DNA of 35,613 nucleotides from Octopus bimaculoides (Eukaryota): positions 35,901,377 to 35,936,989 of the forward strand of contig NC_068994.1 of NCBI RefSeq assembly GCF_001194135.2. The letters are read 5' to 3'. Shown in pieces: positions 22,961 through 35,613 of the stretch. The notes beneath the pieces were generated by a model that worked only from the letters and a program-made list of their open reading frames with translations, was not told where the DNA came from and ran no database searches. The translations under genes were made by a program, and so were the position numbers. Positions within the stretch are counted from its first letter, which is position 1. The number at the start of each line of letters is the position of its first letter.

Positions 22961-24219
22961 ATATCCAGCCTGACCTCTCGTGCACCTTTTGTGAGTGGGT
23001 TGGCAAGTGAATCACTCAACATATTAGGTCCCATCATCCAGCTGCTGCTGCTGCTGCTGGGTGGGGAAGACTGACTTGTGGTCACTGTGCAATGATTCTT
23101 ATCATCAACTCTTAAAGTCTCTTGCTGGCTTTGGGAGCTGTATGAGACATCATCTGTGATGCAGAGACCAAACCTGAGACGTTTCTTAGAATGAAATGGA
23201 TCTAGAAAGAGCTCTTGTTCAGTCACAATTCAGCTTCTACAATGTGTGTGTGTGATTATTCTGTTTTATTTCAAGATTTCTTACCAAAAGATCCAAGGCT
23301 CCTTCATTGTAGCTTCAACAACACCAACAGGGTATTTTTGTATGTATGTACATGTGCAGATTTGTATGTTTTGTTTTATGTATATCTTCTCATGCATATA
23401 GTCGCATATCTAGACATGTTGATATATACTTAAATGATAAACTTCTGGAATGTTTTACAGATTTTTACAGTTCCACTATTGGCTTGGATCTGTAGTTTCT
23501 GAATCAGCTTTCTGGTTTTGAGAAGTCTAATTTCTCAAGATTGGTATTTAGGCAGTGTGTTACATTTCCCAGGGCCCCAATAATTACAGGTATAAACCTG
23601 AACATATGATTTGGATAGAGTAATGGCAAATTTTTTCAAAGTTCAGCATGGGTATTCTCTTTTTCATTGATCTTCAGCTTTATGTTAACATATGCTGGGC
23701 AGCTAATTTCCACAACTGTACAGTTTCTCTTCTCTATCCCAAATCATTATATTAGATCTGTTGTGCTTACATTTTATTGATGTCTTCACTAGGACATTCC
23801 ACCAGTACTTCTTTTTATCATGAGTGGCTATGGCTTCTACCATACTGTGGGTTCTTATTTCTTTGTCCTCAGGGTTATATGTATGTATGTATGTATGTCA
23901 GCTTGTTTCCTGGTTGCTGTATGTTTATGCAAACTACCTCTAATGTTACAACTATGCATTCTTTTATTTAATTTGACAGCGACAAGGAAGAGATAGAATT
24001 CTTGTAGCTGAGATTTATCTCAGGAAATTGAGGTTAACATTGGAAATGACCAAATGTAAGAGACAATTTGAAAAAATATAGAAGTAAATAAATAAATGAA
24101 TTAAAGAAATATATGTGTGTGTGAGCGTGTGTATAAAGGAAACTGAAGTTGGCTTTGCTGTTCATTGTAACTTTTGGATAGTATTGAGAAACTGGCACAA
24201 ACTAGGAAATGAAACTGTG

Positions 24220-24580
24220 AGGTGGTGGTGGTAGTGGTGGTAATAATGCTGATGGTGGTGGGGGGCTTGGTGGTCAGTGATGGTGGTAGTGGTGGTGGTA
24301 ATAGAGGTGTAGCCAGTGATGGTAGTGGTTGGTGATGCTGGTGGTGGTGGTAGTGATGTTAGTGCTGTTGGTGAGGAAGTGATTGTGGTGGTAATGTTGC
24401 TGATGATGGTAGAAGTGTTGGCAGTGTCAGTAGGAGTGATGCTGGTAATAGCAATAGTGGTGGCATTGTGGTGGTGGTGGTGCTGCTGCTGCTGATGGTT
24501 GTGATGGTGATTGTGGTTGTGATTTTGGTAATGCTTACATAAATGCTTATGGTTGTACATGTAGTTAGTTTTGTCATCAT
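24220..24580. repeat. Degenerate (GGT/GAT/GCT)n tract
   Basis: Direct inspection; similar shorter tracts at 15935-15998 and 26157-26245. Confidence 0.95.
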
Positions 24581-24993
24581 TGTTGTTGTATCACAGAATC
24601 TCCCTTTCTTCCACCAACATCTCCAGTCAACCCAGCTTGAGTAGATGCAAGGTATTTAAAGCTTTTGCTACCATATTTCTGCTAGTAAACGCTGCCTTTG
24701 TATCAATTAATTTTGAAAATAAGGAATTTGTTAAAATAACTTTTTCTATAAATAAGCTGGTGTTTGGAACATAAATTAACAGGAAAATGTGATGGAAGAT
24801 TTAAATTTTGATCCTTTAAGAAAATGAAGCTTGTATCATAGTATCAAGGACAGTCTAAGGTAGGTTGAAGCTGGATAAACATTTGGGGACAATTTATTAT
24901 GGCAATTTTTATGTTTGCAGTGGTTGTTCTTTATCATCATCATCATTACATATACACATATGTATACATTTGAATATATATATATATAAATAT

Positions 24994-25916
24994 ATCATCA
25001 TCATCATCGTTTAATGTCTGCTTTCTATGCTGGCATAGGTTGGACAGATTGACTGAAGACCGGCAAGCTCGGAGGCTGCACCAGGCTCCATTCTGATCTG
25101 GCAAGGTTTCTACAGCTGGATGCCCTTCCTGACGCCAACCACTCTGAGAGTGTAGTGGGTGCTTTTTACGTGCCACCAGCATGGGGGCCAGTCAGGCAAT
25201 ACTGGCATCAACCATGCTCGAATGGTGCTTTTTACATGCCACTGGCATGGGAGCTAGTCAGGCAGCACCAGCATTGAGCATGCTCTAACAGTGCTTTTTA
25301 TGTGCCACCGCACTTGCATCAGCCACAATCAAATGGTGCCTTTTACATGCCACCAGCATGGGTGCTGGTCAGGCAGCACTGGCATTGGCTATGACTACGA
25401 TTTCACTTGACTCAACAGGTCTTCTCAAGCATAGCATTTGCCTGACGATTGAAGGGTATTTTTAAAGAGGCCAGTTATGCGACGCTGGCATCAGCCATGG
25501 TTACGATCTCACTTGGCTTGTCGGGTCTTCTCAAGCATAGCATATCTCCAAAAGTCTCAGTCGCTTGTTATTGCCTCTGTGAGGCCCAACATTCAAAGGT
25601 TGTGCTTCACCACATCATCCCATGTCTTCCACAGGTTCCCTCCACTATTAGGGTGTGACACTTCTTCATACAGCTGTCCCCATCCATATGCAACACTTGA
25701 CCATACCAGCACAGTTGTCTCTCAATCCACTACATCTGATGCTTCTTATGTCCAACTTTTCTCTTGGGGCTCTTACACTCTGTCATTGCACTGACATTGC
25801 ACATCCAGCAGAGCCTGGTGGCTTCATTTCTTTCAAGTAAAGCCTACGCATGTCCTCAGCTGTCACAGTCCGTGTTTCACATGCATCATACAGTCTACTC
25901 TTCACTCTGAGCAAGA

Positions 25917-25918
<2 letters not shown>
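24994..25918 (-). mobile_element. RTE LINE 3' end, decayed
   Basis: (CAT)n terminus, four 3'UTR units, coding remnant LRVKSRLYDAC...EDMRRL. Confidence 0.85.
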
Positions 25919-25971
<53 letters not shown>

Positions 25972-26529
25972 GACATATACATACACAGACATGTACATAT
26001 GGACATGCATACATTTACACACTCATACACAGACCTCAAATACATCCACATGCACAAATACCACATTCACACCACACATGCACACACACACACACACACC
26101 AACATATATCTACCCATCATAGACTCATGCACTCTGATGTACAGATACAGAATCTGTGGTGGTGGTGGTGGCGGTGATGATGATGATGATGTTGCTGCTG
26201 GTGGTAGTTGTGGTGGTGGTGATGTGGAAGTGGTTGAGGAGGAGTAGCGCATGGAGGAAGCTCTTAAAAAGCAAGAATTAGAATTGTTTTAAAACAGAGA
26301 CGGGTGCATATGATGCATCCATGTCTTGGTGGTGATGGAAGCTGCGATGGTGGTAGTGTTAAAAGATGACTACTGAAAAGGAGTTTTTTAATATGGGGCA
26401 TGGTATTTTTGACAGTTAATTTAATGATTATATAAAGAGAGAGAGAAAGAAACTTATACGTCTTGAGTGGCAAGTTTATCAGAATCAGTTTATCCAAACA
26501 TAAGTAACCTGCCCTACCCCATTCCCATC

Positions 26530-26576
<47 letters not shown>

Positions 26577-27084
26577 AATAAACGTAATAACAACAATAGA
26601 AGAGAAGGGAAAAAAAAATAGACAACACTCATAAACTAAAGAAAATAGATTATTTTGCTGATCAGTCATGTTTGAAATTTCATACTTTGAATAGTTTTCT
26701 TATAAGCATTTAAACCGTACATCCATGTATATATATATATCTACTCTCTATCTCTCTCCCTCTCTCTCATGCATACATACACATATGTGTACATACAAAC
26801 ATACTAAACTAATATACAAAAAATATATATGGATAATAAAATAAACCTTCAAGTCAATAGCTATTACTACAATGTACAGTAACTGTCAGGGAGTTTATTA
26901 ACTTCAAGGTTATGAGTTCAAACCATCCTATTACAATCTGCCTTGTCGATTAACCTATTCTGTTCTAAGATTGGAGGGAGGGAGAAAAAGCATTTCACTA
27001 TTGTAAAGTAACTATTATTACTGTTATACTTTTAATGAGTTCCACTTTGTTTGCCATCCTTTTGAAGTTGGTAAAATTTACACG

Positions 27085-27500
27085 TTGCCTCATTCCCTAC
27101 TGAAGCAGGTTTCCATGGCTTTCTAGCTGGATCAGTGAACTGATCTTCCAGCAGAAGATTGGTTCGAAACCCAAATAACTAAATAAAGCCAACTAGAAGT
27201 TAGACATGGAAGCTGAAACCAGCCCAAGGTTGTTGCGGTTGTGGTTGACAAAACATTGCAGGTGGAATTCTTCTACAGGCAAAGACCAATTCAGTCCTGA
27301 CTGTCTCATTCAGGTGAAATACACTGGCTTAGGGCTGAAATACTCATGATCCTGAGATACCTGTTGATGATACAAAAAGGTTAACAGCATTGAGATGGAT
27401 TCAGAAGAAGTGTGTACAATACCTCTGAGTAATTCCTGCAGTTTCCATGTGGGTCAAAGCATCTCTGATATTTATTTCAACAATACCAGTCATACACTGA
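27085..27500 (+). repeat. Unclassified decayed interspersed element with a hammerhead-like stem
   Basis: More GC-rich than flanks, no open frame; 12-bp hairpin 27137-27165 directly followed by GAAAC. Confidence 0.35.
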
Positions 27501-27699
27501 GGGATGGTTTAACCATCTAGCTTTTAAACTGGCCATATCAGACCCAAATATTCTACATGTTTTATGTTCAAACCGAACAGATCAAAGCTCTTACACATTC
27601 CCTACAATGTCATTCTGAAAATAAACAACCACATCATTTCTGACAAATGCCTAGAGAGTTTGTAGTGAATAATTTGATAGATAGAATCTGTGTGAAAGC

Positions 27700-27739
<40 letters not shown>

Positions 27740-27935
27740 CATACATTTATATAATAATATTAGGGATAAAAATCCAAATTTACAGGTTAAAAACTCAATT
27801 AAATTCAATTTATCAAAAATTAAAATTAAGAACTTTGGTTCTCTTCTCTAAATTATATATTTATATACATTTATATATATATATATACCTATATATATCT
27901 GAATGTGTGCGTGAGCGTGCGTGTGTGTGTGTGTG

Positions 27936-27972
<37 letters not shown>

Positions 27973-27994
27973 CTATGTGCATATATATGTGTAT

Positions 27995-28195
27995 GTTGCT
28001 AGTTCTGTGTTTGTGTTTGTGTCTCCCCACTCTTCCATCACTGTTTCACATCCCCCAATGACATAGCAGATTGGCAAGACTGATAGAATAAAACCCAGTA
28101 AAAAGTAATTGCTGGGGTTGATTTGTTTAACCTACGCCCTTTAAAGAGCTGCTCTAGCTTGGCTACAGTGCAATCACTGAAACAAATAAAAGATC
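27995..28195 (+). mobile_element. Family B SINE 3' half
   Basis: TGTTTGTGTCTCCCC...GACATAGCAGATTGGCAAGACTGATAGAATAA...CTGAAACAAATAAAAGA; a minus-strand 5' piece lies at about 27640-27705. Confidence 0.65.
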
Positions 28196-28204
28196 AGTAT
28201 ATAT

Positions 28205-28427
28205 ATATAAAATTAGTGTACATTTAAACACATAAGAGGTGCCTTGACTGGACACCTAGCATACTAGAAGGACCAGCCAAAATCCAAACCACAGTTAGAG
28301 GTAATTTTATTTTTCATTCCATTCGAAATTACCCCTAACAGTGGTTTAGATTTTGACTGGTCCTTCTAGTATGCTAGGTGTCTTGTCAAGGCACCTCTTA
28401 TGTGTTTAAATGTACACTATTTTATAT
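28205..28427. mobile_element. Fold-back element / MITE: about 103-bp arms, 18-nt spacer
   Basis: 28205-28307 is the near-perfect reverse complement of 28326-28427 (a few substitutions and small indels); TA-rich flanks. Confidence 0.85.
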
Positions 28428-28864
28428 GAATAACATATAGTCTATTGACTATTTTCTGCATGCTAGGCCACTGGTAGAAAAAAATATTTCTATGATTTTT
28501 TCCTACCCTGTATATTTTTCTTATATATATATAAATTTTTTCGCCATGAACCGTTTGTGTTTTTAAATGGAGTGTATTTTTTCTGATGTTATATTTATTC
28601 CTGAATGATGTGTAAAGAAATTTTGATTTAAGCGTCTTAATGAATTCTTTATACTGAAATATATATTGAAGAAGATAAATATGTTCTTTTGAATTTATAC
28701 GTTTTTGCGTCGTAACTCCTTTATTATTATTAATATAACCAAAAGGATCGATTCTTGAAGAGTCTGCATACCTTCACTGTCGTTTTTTTCTGCTATTTTG
28801 GTGATGATTTTTTAAGTTAGCTTACCAATTATTTTTGTTGGTAGTTAATTTATAATATATTGAT

Positions 28865-28912
<48 letters not shown>

Positions 28913-29869
28913 ACACACACACGTGTGTGTGTGTGCGTATGTATGTATTTGTATTTACACCTCTCTCTATATGTGTGTGTGTGTGTATACATTACACACA
29001 CACATATATATATATATATACAGAGAGAGAGAGAGAAAGGGAGAGAGTTAGTGTAAATATGAATATACATTTATGTATGCCCACATGTGTTTGTATAGTT
29101 GACTGATCAATACTTTTTTACATGTGAACATGATTTACATGAAATAATAGTTGACAGGGGAGGAGCAGGGTCTTAGCTGAATGGCTCCCAGCCTGTAATA
29201 AACATTATTTCTCAAACTGACTGGTTTCATACAGAGCAGCTGACAGAGGAGAACTCCCGTAGCTTATCTCTTTGTTTCATAAAACATGGAACAACTTAAT
29301 GGAAGAACAATAGACAACACAATGTTACTCATAATAGATTAGAAGGAAGTACTAATCAGAGGCTTGAGTCCAGTATTCATGCATAAATAATTAACTTTAT
29401 TAAAGTAAAATATATTTATCAGCAAATTTTGTCATTGTTTTGTATGTTTTTGTTTTTGTGTATCTCTGATAACAGAGGGAAAAACAAAAAATATTATTGC
29501 TTTGATCAATCATCATCATCATCATCATCATGATCGTTTAACACCATTTTTCATGCTGACATGGGTTGGATGAGTTGACAGGAAGTGGATAACCAAGGAG
29601 CTGTCCAGACTTCGATTGTCTGCTTTGGCATGGTTACTATGGTTGGATGCCCTTCCTAATGCCATTCTTTGTTTTAAAGATGATAGGATGCAATAATTTG
29701 GCTGCCATTTCCAGTAGAATACAGAGGCTCTTTCACTGATTCAAGCTTTTCTTTATTTTTTCACACTTTTTTGTATATTTTTTTATATTGTGTGTGGGTT
29801 TGTGTGCATGCATGTGCACATGCATGTGTGTGTGTGTGTGTGTGTGTGCATTTGCTGCAGAGTGGAACT

Positions 29870-29985
29870 GGTTTCAAATTCAGTCCCATTGCATGCACCT
29901 TCAGTGAGTGTCTTCTACTATAACCTCAAGCAGGCCAGCGCCTTGTGAATAAATTTGGTAAATGTTAACTGTGAAGAACTCTGTG
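29870..29985 (+). mobile_element. Family B SINE fragment
   Basis: TTCAGTCCCATTGCATGCACCTTCAGTGAGTGTCTTCTACTATA...AATTTGGTAAATGTTAACTGTGAAGAA. Confidence 0.65.
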
Positions 29986-30330
29986 TATGTCTGTATGCAT
30001 GAGCTGAAGTCCAGTGTAGGTAGTTTGCTCCATTTCTGAACACTATGCCATGATTTTCCACTCTGTTTAGACTGACATGTCATAATTAATTGTGACCAAT
30101 TTATTGCCTTGGTACATATTTACAGCACTTATCTGTTTTCAGTTTTAAAAAATGTCTATTACGATTTTCTGAACAGTTTACTAAACTTCAACAAATAGCT
30201 TATATATTTTTTGTGACATGCCCTGTATGACTAATAACTGATCCACACGAACATCAGATTGCCATATGTAGTTGATCCCTACTTATTGCAACTGAGATTG
30301 GACATATAATTATTTACTGATATATATCTA

Positions 30331-30408
<78 letters not shown>

Positions 30409-31103
30409 CAGACACACACACATATATATTTTCCGAATTTGGTATTAAAAAAAAAATTTTTTTTTACAATGTTGAAGTATGTTAAACATTAAAAAAAATA
30501 TGTATTGTAATGTTCATAAAGTCCAATTAACACTTAATTGATCGAAACAAATTTGCCAATCATGAAACAAAGTGAAAAATTAACCTTTATCATATAACAT
30601 CCAGTTAATGACATGGGTTAAAAAATATCTGTAACATCCGAATGTAAACAAACTACAGAAGACTCCTATCAATTGAAATAACCAACTAAGCTTGCTGACT
30701 CATAAAACCATTACATGTAAAACGCATGCTAATTGGTTAAAATAAAGGCAGGATCTATTTCAGTAATATCCGTATACCTGGCAACTGAAGTTTAAGCTAC
30801 ATGTGGATTGGTCAAAACCATATTCCAAATCTTCGGTTTGTTGGAGCCTTCTAAGAGGTATAAAAATGAAGAAATTAGTCATTTTACTACAGTTGTCAAG
30901 AACTCAACTGTCAGTTAAATACATTTCGAAATCTGATGATTACTATGGACATATGAAAGTGCTAATTATAGCTTTATGAACATTACAAAATATATATTCT
31001 TTATTCTTTTTAATGTTTAACACACTTGAACAGTGTAAAGAACTTAATATCTTTTTAAAATACCATAATAAAAGCCAGACCATGTTTTAATTTTATTCAA
31101 CTG

Positions 31104-31134
<31 letters not shown>

Positions 31135-31153
31135 TACACACACACATCATAAA

Positions 31154-31280
31154 GCCTTGTCCTTGTTGCACTGAGGTGGTTTGTGTGCCTCAATGACCCT
31201 AGGATCTATGCAAGATCCTTGTAGGGCCTCCTATGCTGGACAGATCAAAAGATAGAAGCCAGAGTAATATGGACTACCTT
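31154..31280 (+). mobile_element. RTE/BovB-like 5'UTR remnant
   Basis: GCCTTGTC...GGTTTGTGTGCCTCAATGACCCTAGGATCTATGC...GTAGGGCCTCCTATGCTGGACAGATC resembles my recollection of the BovB 5' region (GCCTTGTC..GGGGCTTGCGTAACTCAATGA..CAGGGCCACCCAAGACGGACGGGTC). Confidence 0.55.
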
Positions 31281-32018
31281 TTCCAAGAGGCTTTTGTAGG
31301 GTCAACATCCCTTCTTAGAAAAAAAGTAACGTTACAGAAGCATCGATGACAATTCAAAGGGACTCTTGGTTTATTGAATCCCTAAGGTTAATAATTTTTA
31401 CATACTTATATATAAGACCAGTGTCATGATGTGCTTTCTTTGTCCACTATCAATTAACCAATAGCATTGAAAGTCAGTGTATTTTACTGCACTAAAGTCT
31501 TAAATCCATTTGTGTGAATGCATACCCATGTACATTGTAACATTAGCTCTGAATGTAGTCTATAACAGAGCAAAATATATACAGAGAACTAAGAACAATA
31601 TCAGTGGTATCTCAATGTTCATTATTACAACTGTTTCAATAATTCTTATATTGCTGTGCTATTATATCAGAGATAAAACTCACATCTTTTGGAAAAGTAG
31701 TCCATGGAAAGGTCCATTTTTATAAAGAATAGAAATTATAAAAAGACAAAATGGAATCAGCAGGACAAGAGGGGACACATGGGAGAGAGAAACACTGAAG
31801 TGGTTACAGCATATGTAATGAAAGAACCGACAAATAAACTAAAAATAATAATGATAAAACTAAAGTGAAGATCAAGTAACTAGTGCATGTGTTTAACTGG
31901 AAAAAGATAACCATCCCCAAGTATAACAATATCTGTTTCAACACATGTTTTCACATCAAGAATCTTGCAAACAAATACATAAAAAAACGTTCATAAAATG
32001 TAAATAAATATACATATA

Positions 32019-32398
32019 GGAGCAGGAGTGACTGTGTGGTAAGTTTGCTTCCCAATCATATGGTTCCAGGTTCAGTCCCATTGCATGGCACCTTGGGCAA
32101 ATGTTTTCTACTATAGCCTTGAGCCTTGTGAGTGGATTTAGTTGACAGAAACTGAAAGAAGCCCATTATGTGTGTGTGTGTGTGTTTGAGTCTGTTTGTC
32201 TCCCACCACTGCTTGAGAACTGGTATTGGTTTGTTTACACCACCATGACTTAGCAGTGTAGCAAAATAGAGAAAGATAAAATAAGTACCAGGCTTAAAAA
32301 AGGAATAAGTACTGGGGTCAATTCATTCAACTAAAACGCTCTTCAAAATGGTGCCCCAGCATGGCTACAATTTAATGACTGAATCAGATAAAAGATTA
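32019..32398 (+). mobile_element. Family B SINE, near full length
   Basis: GGAGCAGGAGTGACTGTGTGG head through GCCCCAGCATGGCTAC...AATGACTGAA tail. Confidence 0.9.
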
Positions 32399-32922
32399 AA
32401 AAAAAAAGATACAAATGAATGAATAAGGAATATAAAGATAATTGACATGAAACTTTCTTGTCCCCCATAGTTCAAAGAGATGGGAATGTACTGCAGTTAA
32501 TAAAGTCAGTTGTGAATTCAAATAGTAGCGATCTCACAAGCAGGAAACCTACTCATCAAGGAACCATGATAAGCAGATTTGTAATGACACAAGTATACAA
32601 GAACTTAAAGTAAGGTAATTATATTCATTGACACACATACAAACACACAGGTATAAATCGCCTTAGAAAGTCTTCAATTATACAGATGTGTGCATGGGTA
32701 CATATACACAGAGTTGCAAATTGGAAAAAAAAAAGATTATGAAGAATGAAATTAAAAATAATAGGTAGATAAAAGAAATTACAGCTAATCACAAAATAAA
32801 CTAAAAACAATATTTAATTAAATTTTAATATGCAATGAGCAGGGACCTGAAGCCATAAAATTACAGTGACATGCGGATACATAAAAAAAATAACACCTAC
32901 TTGTAGATGATACAAGTCACTC

Positions 32923-32961
<39 letters not shown>

Positions 32962-33070
32962 NNNNNNNNNNNNNNNNNNNNNNNNNNNNNNNNNNNNNNN
33001 NNNNNNNNNNNNNNNNNNNNNNNNNNNNNNNNNNNNNNNNNNNNNNNNNNNNNNNNNNNNNNNNNNNNNN
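32962..33070. other. Assembly gap (109 N)
   Basis: N run between (TC)n and (TA)n. Confidence 1.
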
Positions 33071-33135
<65 letters not shown>

Positions 33136-33780
33136 GAGATATGCCACCATACATATGTTTTTACACATATATAAACATAAACATTTATGAACAAACATGC
33201 ATCTAACATATTTACACACCTATGCATGCACCCACATATATTTATTTATATATATAGTACATGTGCTAAAGATACGGTGATGTTTTATTTTGCCTAGATG
33301 TCTTCACCTATGCAAAAATAGTGGATTATATCAAATAATGTCAGTCTTTTTAATTCTTTTGTTGCTGCTAATGGATAAATCAGAATTAATGGAATAATTA
33401 TACCCATTATTAGGTGCTTTGTTACAATGCATTCTTTCAAGCTGCACATCTTCCAAGTTTGCTATAAAGGATTGTGTACTAAAGGTAACATGGTAATGTA
33501 AGGATTATTGAAACAACCATAGGAATGAACATATTGTGATATCACTGTTTTCTGTCATTCTTTCCTGTATGTTTGTCTGTGTGTATGCATTTGTATGTGT
33601 ATCATCATCATCATCATCGTCGTCGTCGTCATCGTCATCGTCGCCATCATCATCATTTAACATCTGCTTTCCATGCTAGCATGGGTTAGACAGTTTGACT
33701 AGAACTGGTAAGCCGGAGGGCTACACCAGGTTCCAGTCTGATTTGGCATGGTTTCTATGGCTGGATGTCCTTCCTAATGC

Positions 33781-33821
<41 letters not shown>

Positions 33822-33825
33822 TTAT

Positions 33826-34190
33826 TTTTTTACTTGTTTCAGTCATTTGACTGCAGCCATGCTGGAGCACCACCTTTACTTATTCTATTGGTCTCTTTTG
33901 CCAAACCGCTAAGTTACAGGGATGTAAACGCACCAGCATTGGTTGTCAAGTGATGTTGGGGGGTGATGTGGGCGGACAAACAGAGACACACAAAAATAAA
34001 CACACACATACATATATATATATACATATACAACGGGCTTCTTTTTGTTTCCATCTACCAAATCCACTCACAAGGCTTTGGTTGACCCGAGGCTATAGTA
34101 GAAGACACTTGCCCAAGGTGCCATGCAGTGGGACTGAATCCAAGACCATGTGGTTGGTAAGCAAGCTACTTACCACACAGTCACTCCTGC
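33826..34190 (-). mobile_element. Family B SINE, full length
   Basis: Reverse complement of 2131-2422 and 32019-32398 with high identity. Confidence 0.9.
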
Positions 34191-34237
34191 ATATGTATAC
34201 AAATATATGTGTGTGTATCTGTATATATATGTATGCG

Positions 34238-34277
<40 letters not shown>

Positions 34278-34281
34278 TGAG

Positions 34282-34927
34282 GGATCTTTTTTAAAACGGG
34301 GGCCACATTTTTCATTAACGGAACACTTTGAAACTTGGAACACTGGTAGAATGTGTCATATAAAACATCTTTTTCTCTTAGTCTTCTTTAAAAAAAAAGA
34401 AATCCATAAATTATTCCATGTTAAAGTTGTCGTATTTCTGTAATTTCAACCAATCACTGACGTCCATTCAGCCGATATACATTAAGTGCCGACTACATAA
34501 ACAAACGATTCTGAAACAATTAACCCTAACTCTAACCCTAACCCTAACCCTAGGGTTAGAGTTAGGGTTAGGGTTANNNNNNNNNNNNNNNNNNNNNNNN
34601 NNNNNNNNNNNNNNNNNNNNNNNNNNNNNNNNNNNNNNNNNNNNNNNNNNNNNNNNNNNNNNNNNNNNNNNNNAAAAAGCAAATAAAACGAAGAATCGTT
34701 TGTTTATGTAGTTGGCACTTAATGTATATCGGCTGAATGGACGTCAGTGATTGGTTGAAATTATCGAAATAAGACAATTTTTTACATGAAATAAATTCGA
34801 ATACAAAAATATTTTTCTGTTCTATAACACAAAATAGATAAGTATACGAAGTTTGAAAGTCTTTCGGTACCAAAAGCACTACGTAAAACATTAATGAAAA
34901 ATGTGGCCCCCGTTTTAAAAAAGATCC
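34282..34927. mobile_element. Non-autonomous DNA transposon (MITE): perfect 37-bp TIR, 8-bp TSD TAGGTGAG
   Basis: TIR GGATCTTTTTTAAAACGGGGGCCACATTTTTCATTAA at 34282-34318 and inverted at 34891-34927; TAGGTGAG at 34274-34281 and 34928-34935; second 72-bp inverted pair 34441-34512 / 34692-34763. Confidence 0.95.
34521..34576. repeat. Inverted telomeric-type repeats (TAACCC)5-TA-(GGGTTA)4
   Basis: One TAACTC/GAGTTA variant on each side; runs into the gap at 34577-34673 (97 N). Confidence 0.9.
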
Positions 34928-35613
34928 TAGGTGAGAAAATTGGTATGTGACACACACACACATAAAACTACGTTTATGTGTGTATATATAGATATGGCAT
35001 GTACAAGTTGTACATGCCATGTTCCATTCCTGCGTAAAGCAGCTGACTAAAAAACTAAAATGACAGTAACATGCCAGTACCCAGCTGTAAAACACTAATG
35101 CAGAAAATCCATCTAAGTTATACCTGTATGGAAAAGTGGAAGTAAAATTATGTCAATGATGAGAATGAAGATATATGTGTGTGAATATCTGTGTGATTGG
35201 TGTGTCTGCAAAATCTCGAGTTACTACAAGTATTAGAAGATAGTTAGGGAATTCATTAGTTCTCTCATTAACTAAAACTATTCTTTCCCTATAAGGGATT
35301 GTACTTCTGATTCCCTCAGTAAAAATCGAAATATGAATACTCCGTGTGTCCCAGAATTAACTACTTATTTCAGTGAAATCAGACAATTTAAAAAAAAAAA
35401 AAATTTGTTTATCTTTTATCATGTTTAATGTATTAAAATGTATAAATTTTTAATTGTGTTTATAGTTTTATAATTTTTGTAATTTTTTAATAATTCTATT
35501 TTCATTCCCGTTGGATCCCACTTATCTGTTTCACAACAGCTTTTTTTCAATTTGGCTGTAATTATTTTCTCTGCCTCCAACCTTATGATGAAGCAATAAT
35601 TTAGCTTGAACTT

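Noticed and set aside
22912-23226. 104-aa minus-strand ORF with an acceptor-like CTCTTTCTAG, possible terminal exon
   Set aside because: Its 3' end abuts and overlaps the antisense of a decayed LINE C2H2 finger, no homolog is recognised, and its long frame (phase 1) does not join the phase-0 donor at 30778. Not fully excluded; RNA-seq would decide.
24162-24580. His/Thr-rich minus-strand ORFs
   Set aside because: Produced by the (GGT/GAT)n low-complexity tract.
32471-33484. Plus-strand exon candidates 32471-32609 and 33414-33484
   Set aside because: AG/GT-bounded open frames, but their phases are incompatible with each other and the peptides are unrecognised; expected by chance in 35 kb.
34521-34576. 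Telomere-telomere fusion site
   Set aside because: Orientation is (CCCTAA)n then (TTAGGG)n, the opposite of an end-to-end fusion, and it lies inside a TIR/TSD-bounded element.

Overview
AT-rich, repeat-dense eukaryotic genomic DNA with three assembly gaps. The SINE, RTE-LINE and microsatellite families look like those I associate with octopus (cephalopod) genomes; this is inferred from repeat recognition, not from a database hit. No host protein-coding gene, rRNA, tRNA or CRISPR can be supported, and nearly all listed ORFs are microsatellite read-through or transposon fragments. The window holds decayed RTE LINEs (one 2.6-kb copy with RT motifs and a PHD finger inside the RT), many tRNA-derived SINE copies, Penelope-like element (PLE) remnants with GIY-YIG C-termini, a DD37D Tc1/mariner fragment, a mariner MITE, a 223-bp fold-back, and a 646-bp MITE with 37-bp TIRs, an 8-bp TSD and an inverted telomeric-repeat core. 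The most interesting signal is four, possibly five, type I hammerhead ribozyme folds in different PLE-like remnants. Three have an unusually long stem II (55-100 nt), and two of these share an exact 11-mer (TCGGATAGAAT) in that stem. All structures were paired by eye; none was computed.
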